Shown: in pieces, positions 37,182 to 49,543 of the stretch
How positions within the stretch are numbered: the stretch's first letter is position 1
Layout of the letters: the number at the start of each line of letters is the position of its first letter
Origin: Utricularia gibba
Taxonomy: Eukaryota > Plantae > Magnoliophyta
Length of the DNA stretch: 64,000 nucleotides
Assembly (NCBI GenBank): GCA_002189035.1
Contig: CM007990.1
Location: forward strand, 4,960,001-5,024,000
Reading direction: 5' to 3'
Translations under genes and position numbers: made by a program
The notes under the pieces: model-generated
Databases searched by the model: none
What the model was told of the DNA's origin: nothing
The model's input: the letters and a program-made list of their open reading frames with translations, nothing else

Positions 37182-38237
37182 TCAATGAGCACCGTTAGGC
37201 TCATCAGCTAGAACTGGGTTACCTTCATCGTTTGTGAGTTCCAAGGTGCACGCTTTACAACTTAAGTAGAAAATGGTGGTCATCATTGAATCTATCGACA
37301 GAACAAAGGAGAACAGAACTACCAAGAGGGGTCCTTCCCAAATCCAGGAATAGCCATCTCCATATCCGAGTGTTTTCACCCTGTGATCAAAGAGACCTTC
37401 AATGGAAGCCATTACCAAAGTTGATCCAAGAAATATCGATAGACCCACTTGGTATTGTCTTCTAACCAAAGAAGCTGATCTTTGAAAAGCGTGTAGTACC
37501 ATGACATCCTCAAGAATGGATATCACAACAGCAATGTTGCATATGATCATGGCATGCGCCAAAAATATTGCAAGAACAAGTCCAACTACGAAGAGGGGAT
37601 ACAGAAGAAGATCAGATGGGCAGCCCATGAACAAGAAGAGGCTGCTGGCCATTCCCAAGAAGACAATGAACAAAAAGAAGCTACCACAAATAACTCCACA
37701 GGCCAAGAGGTAAGTGAAAAATATACGCTTCCAAGTCTTTGAGATGAATACATGGAACACTGATTGATCAAACGTCTTTTTTGAATAGGTACAGTCCACA
37801 GAATAGGCTACAGCAGCTTTAGACAGAAGCGAAAATGTCATGAATAGCGGGAAACACATTGCAAGTGAAACGGTAATTTCTGAAAGGCTTTGGCAAAGAC
37901 GATGGATGAATGGTTTCAGAGCGAGTTCACTGGACATGGCAAGAAGCAATAACCGCATACCCAACCATTTAACCAAGGATTCGCTGACCAAGACATTTGA
38001 CAAGAAAACAGCAGAAACAGGACAAACCCACAGGGCAAGAATAGAGAATAATCCTGACAAATTGTGTCGAAGAATTTTCATGCTTTCTCGCAAAATCTCC
38101 AAACAACTCAAAGGTTGAATGCGAGTTAAACTCTCCAATTCAAAGTTCTCAACATCAAACCTTTCGTTTTCTTCATCTTTCTCCCTGTGTAATGCACCTG
38201 CATTCGACCTTGTCCTCATTCCACGAGCCACATCCAT
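37182..38237 (-). CDS. Uncharacterised plant multi-pass membrane protein, 351 aa
   Basis: Intronless ORF with LEILRESMKILR, several hydrophobic helices, LSKAAVAYSVDCTYS, GLSIFLGSTLVMASIEGLFDHRVKTLGYGDG and IWEGPLLVVLFSFV...IFYLSCK. Resembles a conserved plant family (At1g69430-like, from memory). Confidence 0.85.
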   Translation of the reverse strand: MDVARGMRTRSNAGALHREKDEENERFDVENFELESLTRIQPLSCLEILRESMKILRHNLSGLFSILALWVCPVSAVFLSNVLVSESLVKWLGMRLLLLAMSSELALKPFIHRLCQSLSEITVSLAMCFPLFMTFSLLSKAAVAYSVDCTYSKKTFDQSVFHVFISKTWKRIFFTYLLACGVICGSFFLFIVFLGMASSLFLFMGCPSDLLLYPLFVVGLVLAIFLAHAMIICNIAVVISILEDVMVLHAFQRSASLVRRQYQVGLSIFLGSTLVMASIEGLFDHRVKTLGYGDGYSWIWEGPLLVVLFSFVLSIDSMMTTIFYLSCKACTLELTNDEGNPVLADEPNGAH

Positions 38238-39902
38238 TTCACCACCTCCTTGCTATGATCCTAGATGAACGAACCCCTCATCCAAAAACACATTCCCAGG
38301 AAAATCAAAAGATTCTATACTCTCCCCAATCCGGATGCGGCACAACACGCTTCACTATCAATAACTCACACGCCCATGTCTTCAAAGATCAAGTACCGGT
38401 TTGGACGTGTATGATGGGTAGAACAAGTGACTCTCCACCACTCCAAGGGCTCATCAGAAGAATATCTGAGGGTTTTCTTGTAGCGAGAGAAACACCCAGT
38501 AGCCGGATGAACCAAGGAAAGCACAAAACTTTGCATGAAGACTGAAGTAAAAGAGGAGAACAGAAAGAAGCCCATTTTAGTTTAAAAAAACGGAAGCCCG
38601 GATTACCCCTTTGCCGGAAAAGACCCCACAACTCAAAGGCAGCTTTGCTAATCGACGGGAAACACCCACGACGCCGGAAAGAGTGACGTTGGCTTCTTGT
38701 CTATGGGTCATTGCAGCGACCCAGCCAATAAATGAGCTTTTTTGGGCCCAAATACACAACCATGATGGACTATAAGCCCCCAGTAAATGGGCTTGTGAGG
38801 CCCACTTCCCGAAAATAGAGCATTCTTACCATTACTTGCCATCGCGCGTGCATGACCGTTGATCTATCAGCAAGCCCAATCAAGGGCTCATATTCATTCC
38901 CCACCGTCACCTCCTGAGCCTCTAGGACCGTACGATTCAGATTCTATCTGACGAGTAAGATTTGTTATCCGATAAGACCCAAGGGACCGTTAGTGAAAAA
39001 AGAACCCCATTTTATCCACAAAATATAAACATATATAATTAATAACTAATTAATATGATTTTATGTGAAATAATAAAAAATATAATTTTTTCTAGAAATA
39101 ATTCGAGAAAAAATTTTGAAATCGTAATTGAATCGTGATTAAATATTTTGTATCGTAAATCATTCGTACAAACGATTCATAATTTTTTTATCATATAAAA
39201 TATGAATACTACATACATGATACTAGACCATACACAAAAGGTAATGGCAAATAGGCACATCACAATCCTTACAAAATGGGAAGTACAAGAGTGACTTGAT
39301 AAGGGCAAAAGGGTAAATTGGTGCATGGCCATGGGGGAGTGGGCCCACATATCTCTATGATTTCTGAGAGGAAGAAGAAGACTGTTGTGCATGGATAGAC
39401 AGAGCAGTGTATTATTATTATTTTATTGCCCCCATTTCTGTGTCTTCCTCCACTTTGAATTATTGGTGTTGGTGCAGTATGAACAGCTACTGAGACACTT
39501 GCAGCACTGTAGAGAAAGAAAGCCAGAATCTCCATTGAATGCGGCCCTCCCTTCCCCAAACTATGATTCTTTTGATTTAGTACATTACTATAGTACCCCT
39601 TGCATTCTGCCATTCTGCTGTCAAATGGCAGCCTCGAAGCGACGACCATTCATTCTGCTACTGATACCTTGCTTCTTACACTTGAGTTATATCGAGGTGT
39701 CGGGAGCTAGTTACTGTGTCTTGCTGGGGTTTTGTAAAAATGGATTATTTGCTTGTTTTTCCTTTACTTGCCATTAATGAAAGAAGAGGTGGCAGCACCC
39801 CTCTTCCGATCTCTGCGTCTGTTAACTGTTAACAATACCCATTAATGGACATAAGAGAAAAGAGGGTAAGTGGAATGGTGTTTCATTACACAGCACGAGT
39901 GT

Positions 39903-42900
39903 TTAGCAGTAAAACATGAGCTTCCTAATGTTTTCTGTTAGTTTAGGCAATGGGGTTGTCTGAGGGGAAGGTGATACGGTGACCGAGGGAGACGATCTCG
40001 AGTCGCAACGGTCGAGGTACAGCCGGCCTCGATACGCAGCGAGGTGTGCATAGTACGCCGGAGGGACCAGGGAAATCGGCTTGGTGCAGCGAACGAAGGT
40101 GTAGCAGAGATTGTAGACCAGTTTCTGAACTTCATCAGAAGTGAACTCGTTCTCGTCCCAGAGAATATGGTAATGTATCGGTCTACTTGTACCCTTGACT
40201 CCCCAGTGACTGCAGAGGTAGAAGTCGAATTCTTTGGGATGTGTGATCACTGAATCGACTACTGTTCCTGGAGGTACATTTCCATCCATGAAATGGGTTG
40301 CTGTCTCTGTTGGAAACAGTCTTGTGTGATGCCTTTTTTGCACCACAGCGAAGGTAATCGGTGGGTTGTAGCCAGGGAACTTCAGAAACGATTCCCGTAT
40401 TGATTGAAGCTCGTGCTGCAAAACTCTCTGGAACTGTGTTTCGCTGACCCCATCACGAAAAAAGATGATTCTTTCAGGAAGTTTAGAGACTTGCTGGTAG
40501 AAATCATCTAATATTTCACCCACCATTTCAGAAAGCTCCTGAATGATCTCTTGGCGATGTGTTTGTGACCGCATTCTTGAGACGTACTTGTTTGCAGCAG
40601 GCCAATTAACACTCCCCACAACTGCAGCAATGGAGGGACTAACATCATCCAGAGGATGAGGATGAGTGACATCAGCTCCGAGAAATATAACAGGCTCATC
40701 TTCTCGAAAAAGCCTGGGAATTTGAGAGGGTAACGAGTTGTACAATGCAACAGTGCATCCACCAACTTTGGCATTGATCTTGAGAGCCAAGTTTGCAAGG
40801 AACTGCGGACTCGGCTTCCCCAGATTCGAGTACAAGCAGCATTGGCTTACAATACCGATACCCGTTTCTGCAATCCTTTTCAGATCTGCATAGCCTTTGT
40901 GCTTCCTCTCCATGACACAGATCAGAAGCTGGAGACTGTTCCCCGATGCAAAGTGAATCTTCTTGAGCTTAGATTCGAGAAGCTTCGGGTTTCCCAGAAT
41001 GTGCATAGGCTCAAAAACTGAACTAACAACAGTCTCCTTGTTAAGAAATATTCCCAACTGCTCACATTTCTCGGACAGAAGACTCATGAATTTAGTTATG
41101 CTCGATCTTTGCTCTGGGCTACCCCCGAAACTAAGAACTGCCCATCTCTCGATTCTAGTTCCTTCGAAAACATGGCTGTCTAGAAGATTCCATTGGCGAT
41201 CATGGCGTGAGGGAGTTAAATTTCTCACGTTTCCACCATTGCCAAGCTTCAGCTTTGGTGGCTGAAGAATTCTTCCCGTTAACTGTGTCATTTCTCTGGA
41301 AACTTGAAGATGAAACTCATTAGCTTGATCTCCACTGTCAGAAGAAACAAACAGAACATTAATTTATCAGAGCTGCAAGAACAGAAGGTGTTGAATTTAG
41401 GACAGGAAATTTTAAAATTTATTTACCTTGTTGGACCAAGGCCTCCTTCCATAAATCCATCTATTATTGCTTTACGTTCTCTGGGTTTTTGGCATCCCAT
41501 TTTCAGCATCTTCACTGTTTGGTCATCTGAAAGTTTTCCCAGAAACTTCTGTCCTTCGCAAACCACACACAGCTCCATTGGTACGTAACAAGGCCTCCTT
41601 CTACTAATCCTCAAACAAGGTAAAAATCTGAACTTCACATCATAATCATAATGATCTTTAAAATACTCCACCAGCCTCAAATTCTTCCCGTCTCTATCAG
41701 GAAACCAGATACTGTCTGCAACTTCATCAGTCAACCCATAAACGCGGTATCTTTGAAGCGTTTCTCTATGACAAACGAAGACTCTCATATTCTTCAGAAC
41801 TTCTTCCACTTGCTTCCTCTCCTCGCAGCTCAAAAATTTTCCCGGTTTTTGAGAAACGTCTTGCATAAAGTCAAGTCTTTTTTGTAAATAAGGAATAACG
41901 CCTATGCTTTCATGGAAAGCTGTGACTGAGAAATCCACATTGAGAGCAAGTCCTTGTTGCGTTGGCCTAATGCTCTGGAAGAATCCTCTGAGAGCAACGG
42001 CTCCTCCACCTATTTCCTTTGCACCACCCATTAAGCTTGAGTAAAATGATCTTCCTGCAGACAAACATTTCTCAGTGGAACTCTCTCTCAAAACAACATC
42101 CAGTGCATGAATGTATTCCTGGGGAAGGGGAGTGCTACTGCAATCATCATCTCTGCTCAAGTAGCTAGAAACCGCTTCACCGTCGAACTTAGAAACAAGC
42201 TTCATATTGACTTTAAAGATCTTGTCTTTGTTGTGATGTTTGTCGTTTAAATTCTCCCCGATTTCTTCACCTAATGGGAGCTTGATGTAAAACTCAAATC
42301 TGTCATTTTGGAACTCCACGGGGCTGTAAATTGTCCTTCTACCATCGTAGACTGGTAGAAAACTGCAAAAGGCTTTAGAATTTTCCAAGACAAGTTTTTT
42401 CTTGATCATTCTTGCTACTTCCTTCGAGGGATGAGGAGATATCTCAACGTCATAGTGAAATATTTTCTGGGTAGGATCAAATTTCACCAAGAAATGATTT
42501 GCTAGGAGGGTAATAACTTTCCCTTCAACGCCACCACAGTCTGGTCTTCTTGCAACTGCGAAAGCTTTTGTCTTTGCATCAACAGCTTTCCGTACGCGCT
42601 GTTGTCTGGGCGTGCAAGCTTCCTTTTCAGCTGCTGTTAGAACAAAAGTGTCAGCACGTTAGAACATCAGCATGCAAGGAGAAATTAAGGGAGAAAAACA
42701 TCACCTCCGGAAACTGAGAAATCTTGAATCTGGGAAGCATTTGAACTGACAAGAGGAGAAGGGGCGCTCTGTTTCCTAGAGTGTTTTCTAAACTGTGTTG
42801 TTCTTGGTTGGACTCTCTGGTTCTGAGGAAAAGATGGGTTACTAATGGGAGGAAGCGGGAGCAAAGCTGGGAAAATCTGGAGATGATTAGCATAACCAAA

Positions 42901-43038
42901 CCCAAACGCATAGGAGTTTTGAAGTTGCAGCAAGTAATGATGATGCTGATAACTAATGAGGCTTTGTTGGCTCCATCCACCAAAACTGCTTGTTTCAGGA
43001 GCAAGGTTTCTGCTGGTGTTGGGTTGATCTTCTTCCAT
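39903..43038 (-). CDS. AGO7: Argonaute 7 (ZIPPY)
   Basis: Exons 43038-42705, 42633 to about 41427 and about 41336-39903. ARRPDCGGVEGKVITLLANHF, PAZ (LPCLRISRRRPCYVPMELC), PIWI with GADVTHP, FRDGVSE and YYAHLAA (D-D-H intact). C-terminus PLPKLTENIRKLMFYC is AGO7-type. Confidence 0.96.
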
Positions 43039-44354
43039 GAGTACCCTGTTTGAGGTAGGAGACAGTGAGAGTCAGGCAAAAAAGGCATTATTTGCATGAA
43101 AGATAAAGGCAAAGTATTCCGAGCAAAAAAACTGTAGTAAATGCCATGTACACAGAGAGACTGAGGATGAGTCAGATTCTCTCTTTTTTTCACTCTGCTG
43201 GGTTATTCAGAGAGGGTCGAGGGATCCTTCTGAATACTAATGGTTCAGTAGCTAAAGCTGAGAACTTTTGCATTACCTTGGGACAAGAGAGACTGGAATA
43301 ATGCTAATGTTCCGTTTGCTAGCTTCAGACTTTATGCTTTTTGCACACTTCATCCAACAGTCAAATGGGCTCGTAGATTCGTAGGGGGGAAAAATACAGT
43401 GAAATGCAGATAGAATATACAATGTCGATGTCTCAAAACTACCAAAGTCAAAGATAAGATCTTGTGAAATACCCATGTCTGAAATAGAAAGGGGATTTCT
43501 AGAGGCATGAAAAAACCAACATATAAAGCTTCAAACTTCATCACTAATGGGTTCAGAGAACACCACAAAACCCATAGAAATTTCAGATTGAATGCTTCCC
43601 ACTTTACAGCACCATTCATTTCACTCTGTGAATTGGCATGCCATCCACCTACATCCACCACAAGGGAGGAGAATGGGGTGCGCAAAGATGACAACATGGG
43701 TGCTGATTTTTCTTCTTTTTTTTGCGTAGTGGGGAAGATGCAGTCAACAAAATTGCATCCCTTTTTCTCCCCACATCATGATTCTTGTCCACACCAGTAC
43801 TATACAACAATCAATGTGTCCACCCAAGGGCCTTTAAGTACATGACAATCACATCCATTGCCGTGAAAATGATATTCTCATTGCACACACCATCGCCCCC
43901 CTTCAAACAATTGCAGCATATGGTGCTAATACCATATCATCATGATGCACTAAAGGCAGCAGCAGCAGCAGCAGGAGAAGCTCGGCTCCATGGCCGCATG
44001 AGCAAGAGAGACAGGCATTCAGTGTGGGGCAAGTTACTAGGGCACGCTGGGTTTCTTCCCAAAGTGGAGTGGGCCCTCCGCAATGATGATCCTGAAGATA
44101 ATATAAAATAACATGAAAAAGGTGGTGGAATTTGAATATCATTTTTCGTATTATTTTTATTGTGAAATTAATATGTATAATTAATTACTTGATGCGTCCG
44201 CACAAGACTACAACGTAAGAGTGGCAATCACATTTATTAAAAAAATGGAAATTTCATATCGTCCAAAATTACAGAATCGCCCTAAGGTTTACGGAAATAT
44301 CAAATACGTCCCTGGAATAGTTTAATTGTGCGGGTTGGTCCCTGGGGGCGCTCC

Positions 44355-46235
44355 TCACTTGGTTTCCCAGAATATGATTTCTCCCTCTTCACCTACTAAT
44401 CCCAGGGACTTGAGCCTTCTTTCTTGATAATATTCCAACAAATCCAGCTCCATTTCCCTCGCTCTGAAGATATCATCGATCTGCTGCAACACCCTCTTTT
44501 CTCCTCTTCTAATCCCAACCGCAATCTCCTGCCTTGGACTCACATTGCCTTCCAGCAGCAGCTTTTCATCCTAGAAGTAAATGGCTTGCATTGCATTACA
44601 ATTCTTGTACTGAAGGGGTCACTGCATTCATCATGGATTACCTCTTCGATGCTGGTGTGATAGCCAGCGAGGGCAGATTTGCAGGCGTTTCGGATGACTT
44701 GACAGATGAGCTCCTCGTTGGGCCGGCTGACGGGAAGCTCCAGGAATCCCCATATTTTGTTTTGGAAAAGTGCTTCCAGGAGAAAGGCATCGGTTCCACC
44801 AAGTGCTACGAGCCTCAGGTACTGAAGCATGACAGGTGGAAGAGGCTGGCCGTACTTGATGTCAAAGTACGCTGTTTCTCCTAAACCATTGGACTCGGCT
44901 ATGTCCAGTTTATCATCATGGAATTTGTCGGACTCTGATATTTCGAGTGTCAACGTGAATGAATCACGCTCACGTCTCGAATCAATAAATCCATAATCAA
45001 GAGCCATATCTGCGTTGCTTTTGTTCAAACCATACTGAATGAATACCTGCAAAGGTCAAAGTTTCTGCCTTAGGAGTCCTGTATCGGATAAAGGAAAAGC
45101 CACTTCAAGGTTAACGGAAATCAAGCTTGCCTGGTCACCAGCTTTGAAATTCAATGGACTCCTGATTTGATAGAGGTAATCCCTTGAGAAAAGCCCTGGT
45201 CCTCTAACTTCATGGGCATGATCCTCTGTGTTAACCTTATCACTGTGGTTTATCTGTTGGAAGGGAATTGGGATTGGATGGTGCTACCAAAACTAATTTA
45301 CATTGATAAGAAATTTTACCAAGTCAGCGAAAGGAATCATGGCAAGACTTTGGTTCTTAGGACCAGGAAACGTTCTTGATCTCAGTATCCCAAATGCCCA
45401 GAAGAAATCATCTACTGTTGGTGGTTGAGGGAAAAGCTCCTTGTTGGGAAGGATGACCTCTTCTTTGATTCTCTCAAACTCATTCTGGAGGTAGGCTTTT
45501 ACACCCAGTGTAGTACCCAAAAGCTGAGTTCCTGTGACATTTTAAGCAACCAGGATGTCTGATGCTCAGTGATGGATCCAAAATGTCAATCAAAAATCAG
45601 TATAATGAGATAAAACAGTTACCTTGAATCTCAAGGAGGTCCTCTTCTGACCTGCACTGGAGGAGAATACAGAGTAACAATTATCAAGACAAACAAGGCA
45701 AGCATGACTAACGGAAAATGCATGAGCTTTCAAATAGGCAGGCCCACCAATATATCGTAGCATTAGTGACCTGAGGCAGAGTATCCAAGTACTTGCTCCA
45801 TTTAGAGTCCTCACCTTTAAGCCTCTCCCTCAGCAAGAACAAAGAAAGGGAAACCCACGGCTTCTGGCCCGAACAAATACTTCCAATCTCTGAGGCTGCA
45901 ACGGTATCAGAATTAATCCAAAATTTCTTGGGTACCTCCAAAATCACGTCATTTCTAGAGATATCCCTGGTTGCAATTAACCCTAATCCTTCCGGCACGA
46001 CCCCGGGCTTCACCGGAGTTTTAGCTGAAACTACACCTTCATCCTTAAGCCATTCCCAAAATCTCTCAACTTTCGGTGGGATATCACAACTAGTTACTGT
46101 TGAAACAGCTGATTTCAAAAAGAAAGATCTTTTTTTCAAGTGGAAAGAGCCAGTCCTCGTTCCCGAGAAAGAGACGAAGCCATCCAGTCGGGTACGGAGA
46201 ACTGGATAAGGTGTTGAATGATGAATACTGAACAT
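44355..46235 (-). CDS. LSMT-L: Plastid SET-domain lysine methyltransferase (Rubisco LSMT / aldolase methyltransferase-like)
   Basis: Six exons: FWEWLKDEGVVSAKTPVKPGVVPEGLGL, DFFWAFGILRSR, INHS SET motif, VFIQYGLNKSNADMALDYGF, LRLVALGGTDAFLLE and LEYYQERRLKSLGL...IIFWETK*. Confidence 0.95.
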
Positions 46236-47871
46236 AGATGCTTCTGTTCTACTTTCCGCTTACTTGGTTTTTCTCCGGCGAAGGATACCTTCAAATGTAG
46301 ATGATGTGGCTATTGAAGAAGCAGAGTTCATTTTCGGTTGTTGATAAGGTATAAATCCTCTGTAGTAAATTGTCATTGCTCCCTCAGCTTTCACCTTCGG
46401 AACCTCTGTTGTAGTTTTCACTTTCTTTGCTCATCCTTTACCCAGTAAATGATTTGCTGGCTGTTAATTCGCACAAGTTTTTCTTTCAGTCCCAAAAAAG
46501 CAGCACGAACTGTGAAGGACCAAAGGTTAAAATTTTGTCAGTAGACACATCAGAACTCTTGTTCATCAGCTATCGCGGGATCCCGCATTCTTTATTTTTC
46601 TGCATACGATTTTATAAACAAAACATTAATCTTATGAAAAAGAAAAGAAGCCATTCCTATCTCATATACAGTACCTCTTAGGAAAAAGGGATCGAGGGTC
46701 AGAATAACAAGAAAAAAGTTCAATAAGCAACATGGAGATCCACAGAGAATCTCCGAGAAGTGGGATCTCCATGCTTAGTTCTCAAGGAATTCACGAAGTT
46801 CTTCATAGGCAACTCTGAGGACACACTCCCCAAGATCAGGCCAGGCCCATGTACAAAAGAACTCCCTCCTTCCGAAGTGCCCTACCCCTCAAACGCAATT
46901 GCTGAAAGCCTGGACATGATCCAGGACAATATGTGCACATGAAGATTATCGTTGCATATGTAACTTTAGGTGATGATTCACTTTGCGTGATCACAGCAGG
47001 ATAATTCTCCCATGTTTACCAGAAATGCTATTTGAACCTTGGCATAAAACGCCTTTCCGAAGGCCTAGAGATCTGAATCCTTCAGATTGATGATCTTCAC
47101 TAAAGCATAGAAGAGAAAAGAGCATCGGGGATGCAGGCCCTAACTTATCAGGCGACTAACTGCTTACATCCTCACCCCTGAAGAGGTCACCTTGGCTACC
47201 ACAATCAGCAATAATGAATACAGAACTTCAGAATAACGCTAACCAGAACAAAAACGCTATGAGAATATTTAAGACAACAGCAACTTGGGAACGGAATGAG
47301 ATGAAATGATATTACAACAAGTTCACTCAGAAAGAAGACGGCTATACGAGATTTCTTGAGGAATATACAATTATTTTCTGATCTATAAACAAAGCAACAT
47401 ATATTTCCCCGAGTTTCCAATCAAGAATCAAGCCAACCCTATTTCCAATACCACTTCTACCAGGGATGCACAAAACAACGGAATTTTGCAGCCTTCTTGA
47501 TTTCCATTGAAGACTTGAAAAATGAATAAAAATATATAAAAAAAAAACGCTCTGCAGTACCCCGAGCAATGGAACCAACAATTCGAGTAGCTCCGTATAG
47601 AGCACGTGGCCGTAAAACAGCCTGCGATGAGCCCCTATAAAATTCCAAAAATCCGTCATTTCCTACAAGATGAGAAGCCATTCTGAGCGCAAATCTCAAC
47701 GAACAGACTGCATTCACCCGCCGAGGCGTCGGATCCTACCTACTAACCAGAAACACAGAAAACCTCCGCGCTACCCCCGCTGCGAATGATATGAATCAAC
47801 CCGAGCATAATCTTACGCGTCGACCAAGGCAACCTCCGGGCTCCCCCAGAAAAGTAACCGCTGTGAGCTGT

Positions 47872-47976
47872 TGGGCCACACTAAGCCCAATGTGAGCCTC
47901 CTTCAAGTTCAACTACCTGCATATGAGTAGGCTCTGTAAGAATTACCCCATTCACGGCTCGGCCCATCCCGGCCCA
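47872..47976. promoter_or_regulatory. Site II (TGGGCY) element cluster
   Basis: TGGGCC 47872-47877, AGCCCA 47884-47889, GGCCCA 47961-47966 and 47971-47976. Typical plant proximal promoter signature; the gene it drives is unclear. Confidence 0.5.
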
Positions 47977-48439
47977 TGGCTCTATTTTCAGAGATATTTA
48001 TTTGTAAAAAAAAAAGAATGCTGGGTGTTGGGTAAATAAATGAGGATGACGTCGAGTGACGTATGCCGCATTTATGTGTGTTTCTGCAGGCTTTCCTCTC
48101 TGGATGGTCGGTTGATGACACATTTACTTTTAGCTGCCCGAAACGTCGCCGTTTTGATTCATTTCCATGATGTTGTCGTTGCCCATCAATGCAAAAACAC
48201 AAACCATCAACAAAAATGTGTGCCCACGTCAACCGCTTCCTAGTACCCATCCACGGAACACACCACAAAAAACCACGTGAATTAAATTCTTCTTCTTAAT
48301 AATAATGTCCGAGTTGAATTACTAAATTTTTCTATTTTATTGCCAAGTTTAGTACATGGGAGCAGCGTACGGAGTGTCTAACTTTTGTTACATATGATGA
48401 ATTAATTAGAAAGAAGCTAAGTAATAAAATGTGTCTCCT

Positions 48440-49543
48440 CTAAAACCCCGGCAGCTCCATCGGCGACGTCACCATGTTGAGCAGCTCGTTCCAGTAACTC
48501 CTGGTGTCATCCTGCTCCAGATATGTTGCGTCGGAGGACATGTGATAGCAGTCGGAGGGGTCACTCAGAACCCCCATCTCGGGCGCGTCGGCGAATTTGA
48601 ACTCACAGTAATCCATATCGTACGTCGTTGCCGCGGTGGTATCGTTGGCATTAGCCGCCGCCGTAGCGGCGATGGGAGCCGTTGTGGCGGCGCTACCGGA
48701 GGAGAAGTTGAGAGTGGAGGTCGGGGACTCGAGGGTCGACTGCGCCCCGAAAAAGCAGTTGTTGGGGGCGGTGGCTTGCCACACTTTGAGCACGTCCAGA
48801 CACGGCGCCGCCGTGGGCATCTGAAAGAATGGTGGTGGCTGTGAAAGCGGCGGGATGATGACCTTGTGGAGAAGCTGGAGGCTGGAGATGATTTTCGATT
48901 CGCGAGCAAGACGGGCCTCGGCTTCCAGCCTTGCCGTCTCCCACTGGGCCATGTGGCTCAGAGTAGCGGCATGCTTGGACTGCGCCGCACCGCCGGAGCT
49001 GGTCTTTGGCTTGTGCGTCACCGGGTCGATCCCCATTCTGGTCAGCCTCTTCTTCAGGCGCGTGTTCCAGTAGTTCTTGATCTCGTTATCCGTCCGCTTT
49101 GGCAAATGCGCCGCTATTGCTGACCACCTACGACTAATCGGAATCCACGGTCATAAAACAACATCAAAACCATTAATTTCCGATCATCAATCCCTCATTA
49201 CCTGTTGCCCAACAGCGCGTGCAGCCGAATGATAGTCTTCTCTTCATGGGTACTGAACTTCCCTCTCTTGATATCCGGCCGGAGATAATTCGTCCACCGC
49301 AGCCGGCAGCTCTTCCCACACCGCTGAAGCCCTGAAACCATCGCAACACACTCTTTCAAACCCCACCCACAGACCCCCGAAACCGAAGATGAACAAATGG
49401 GCACCTGCTTTAGCGGGGAGTGAGCGCCAGCTCCCGTGGCCATGCTCTTCAATATAAGCCAACAGTTTCTGGTCTTCTTCTCTGGTCCAGGGTCCCTTCT
49501 TCAGCTCCTCCTCCTTGGCCGGAGAACTCGGCTTCCCCATCAT
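48440..49543 (-). CDS. R2R3-MYB transcription factor, subgroup 9 (MIXTA-like)
   Basis: Three exons with the usual R2R3 intron positions: [13 protein letters not shown]...AG|[18 protein letters not shown]...LLGNR|[22 protein letters not shown], then [10 protein letters not shown] and the subgroup-9 signature [20 protein letters not shown]. Confidence 0.94.

Noticed and set aside
40077-40097. miR168-like complementary site in AGO7
   Set aside because: Only positions 3-13 pair well, with mismatches at 2, 14-16 and 18. The core encodes the conserved RCTK PIWI motif.
42651-43193. 180-aa minus ORF overlapping AGO7 exon 1
   Set aside because: Starts at GTG, is an alternative frame over leader, intron and exon sequence, and has no protein motif.
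47185-47198. miR169-like TAGCCAAGGTGACC on the minus strand
   Set aside because: It diverges after 9 nt and has no complementary star arm nearby.
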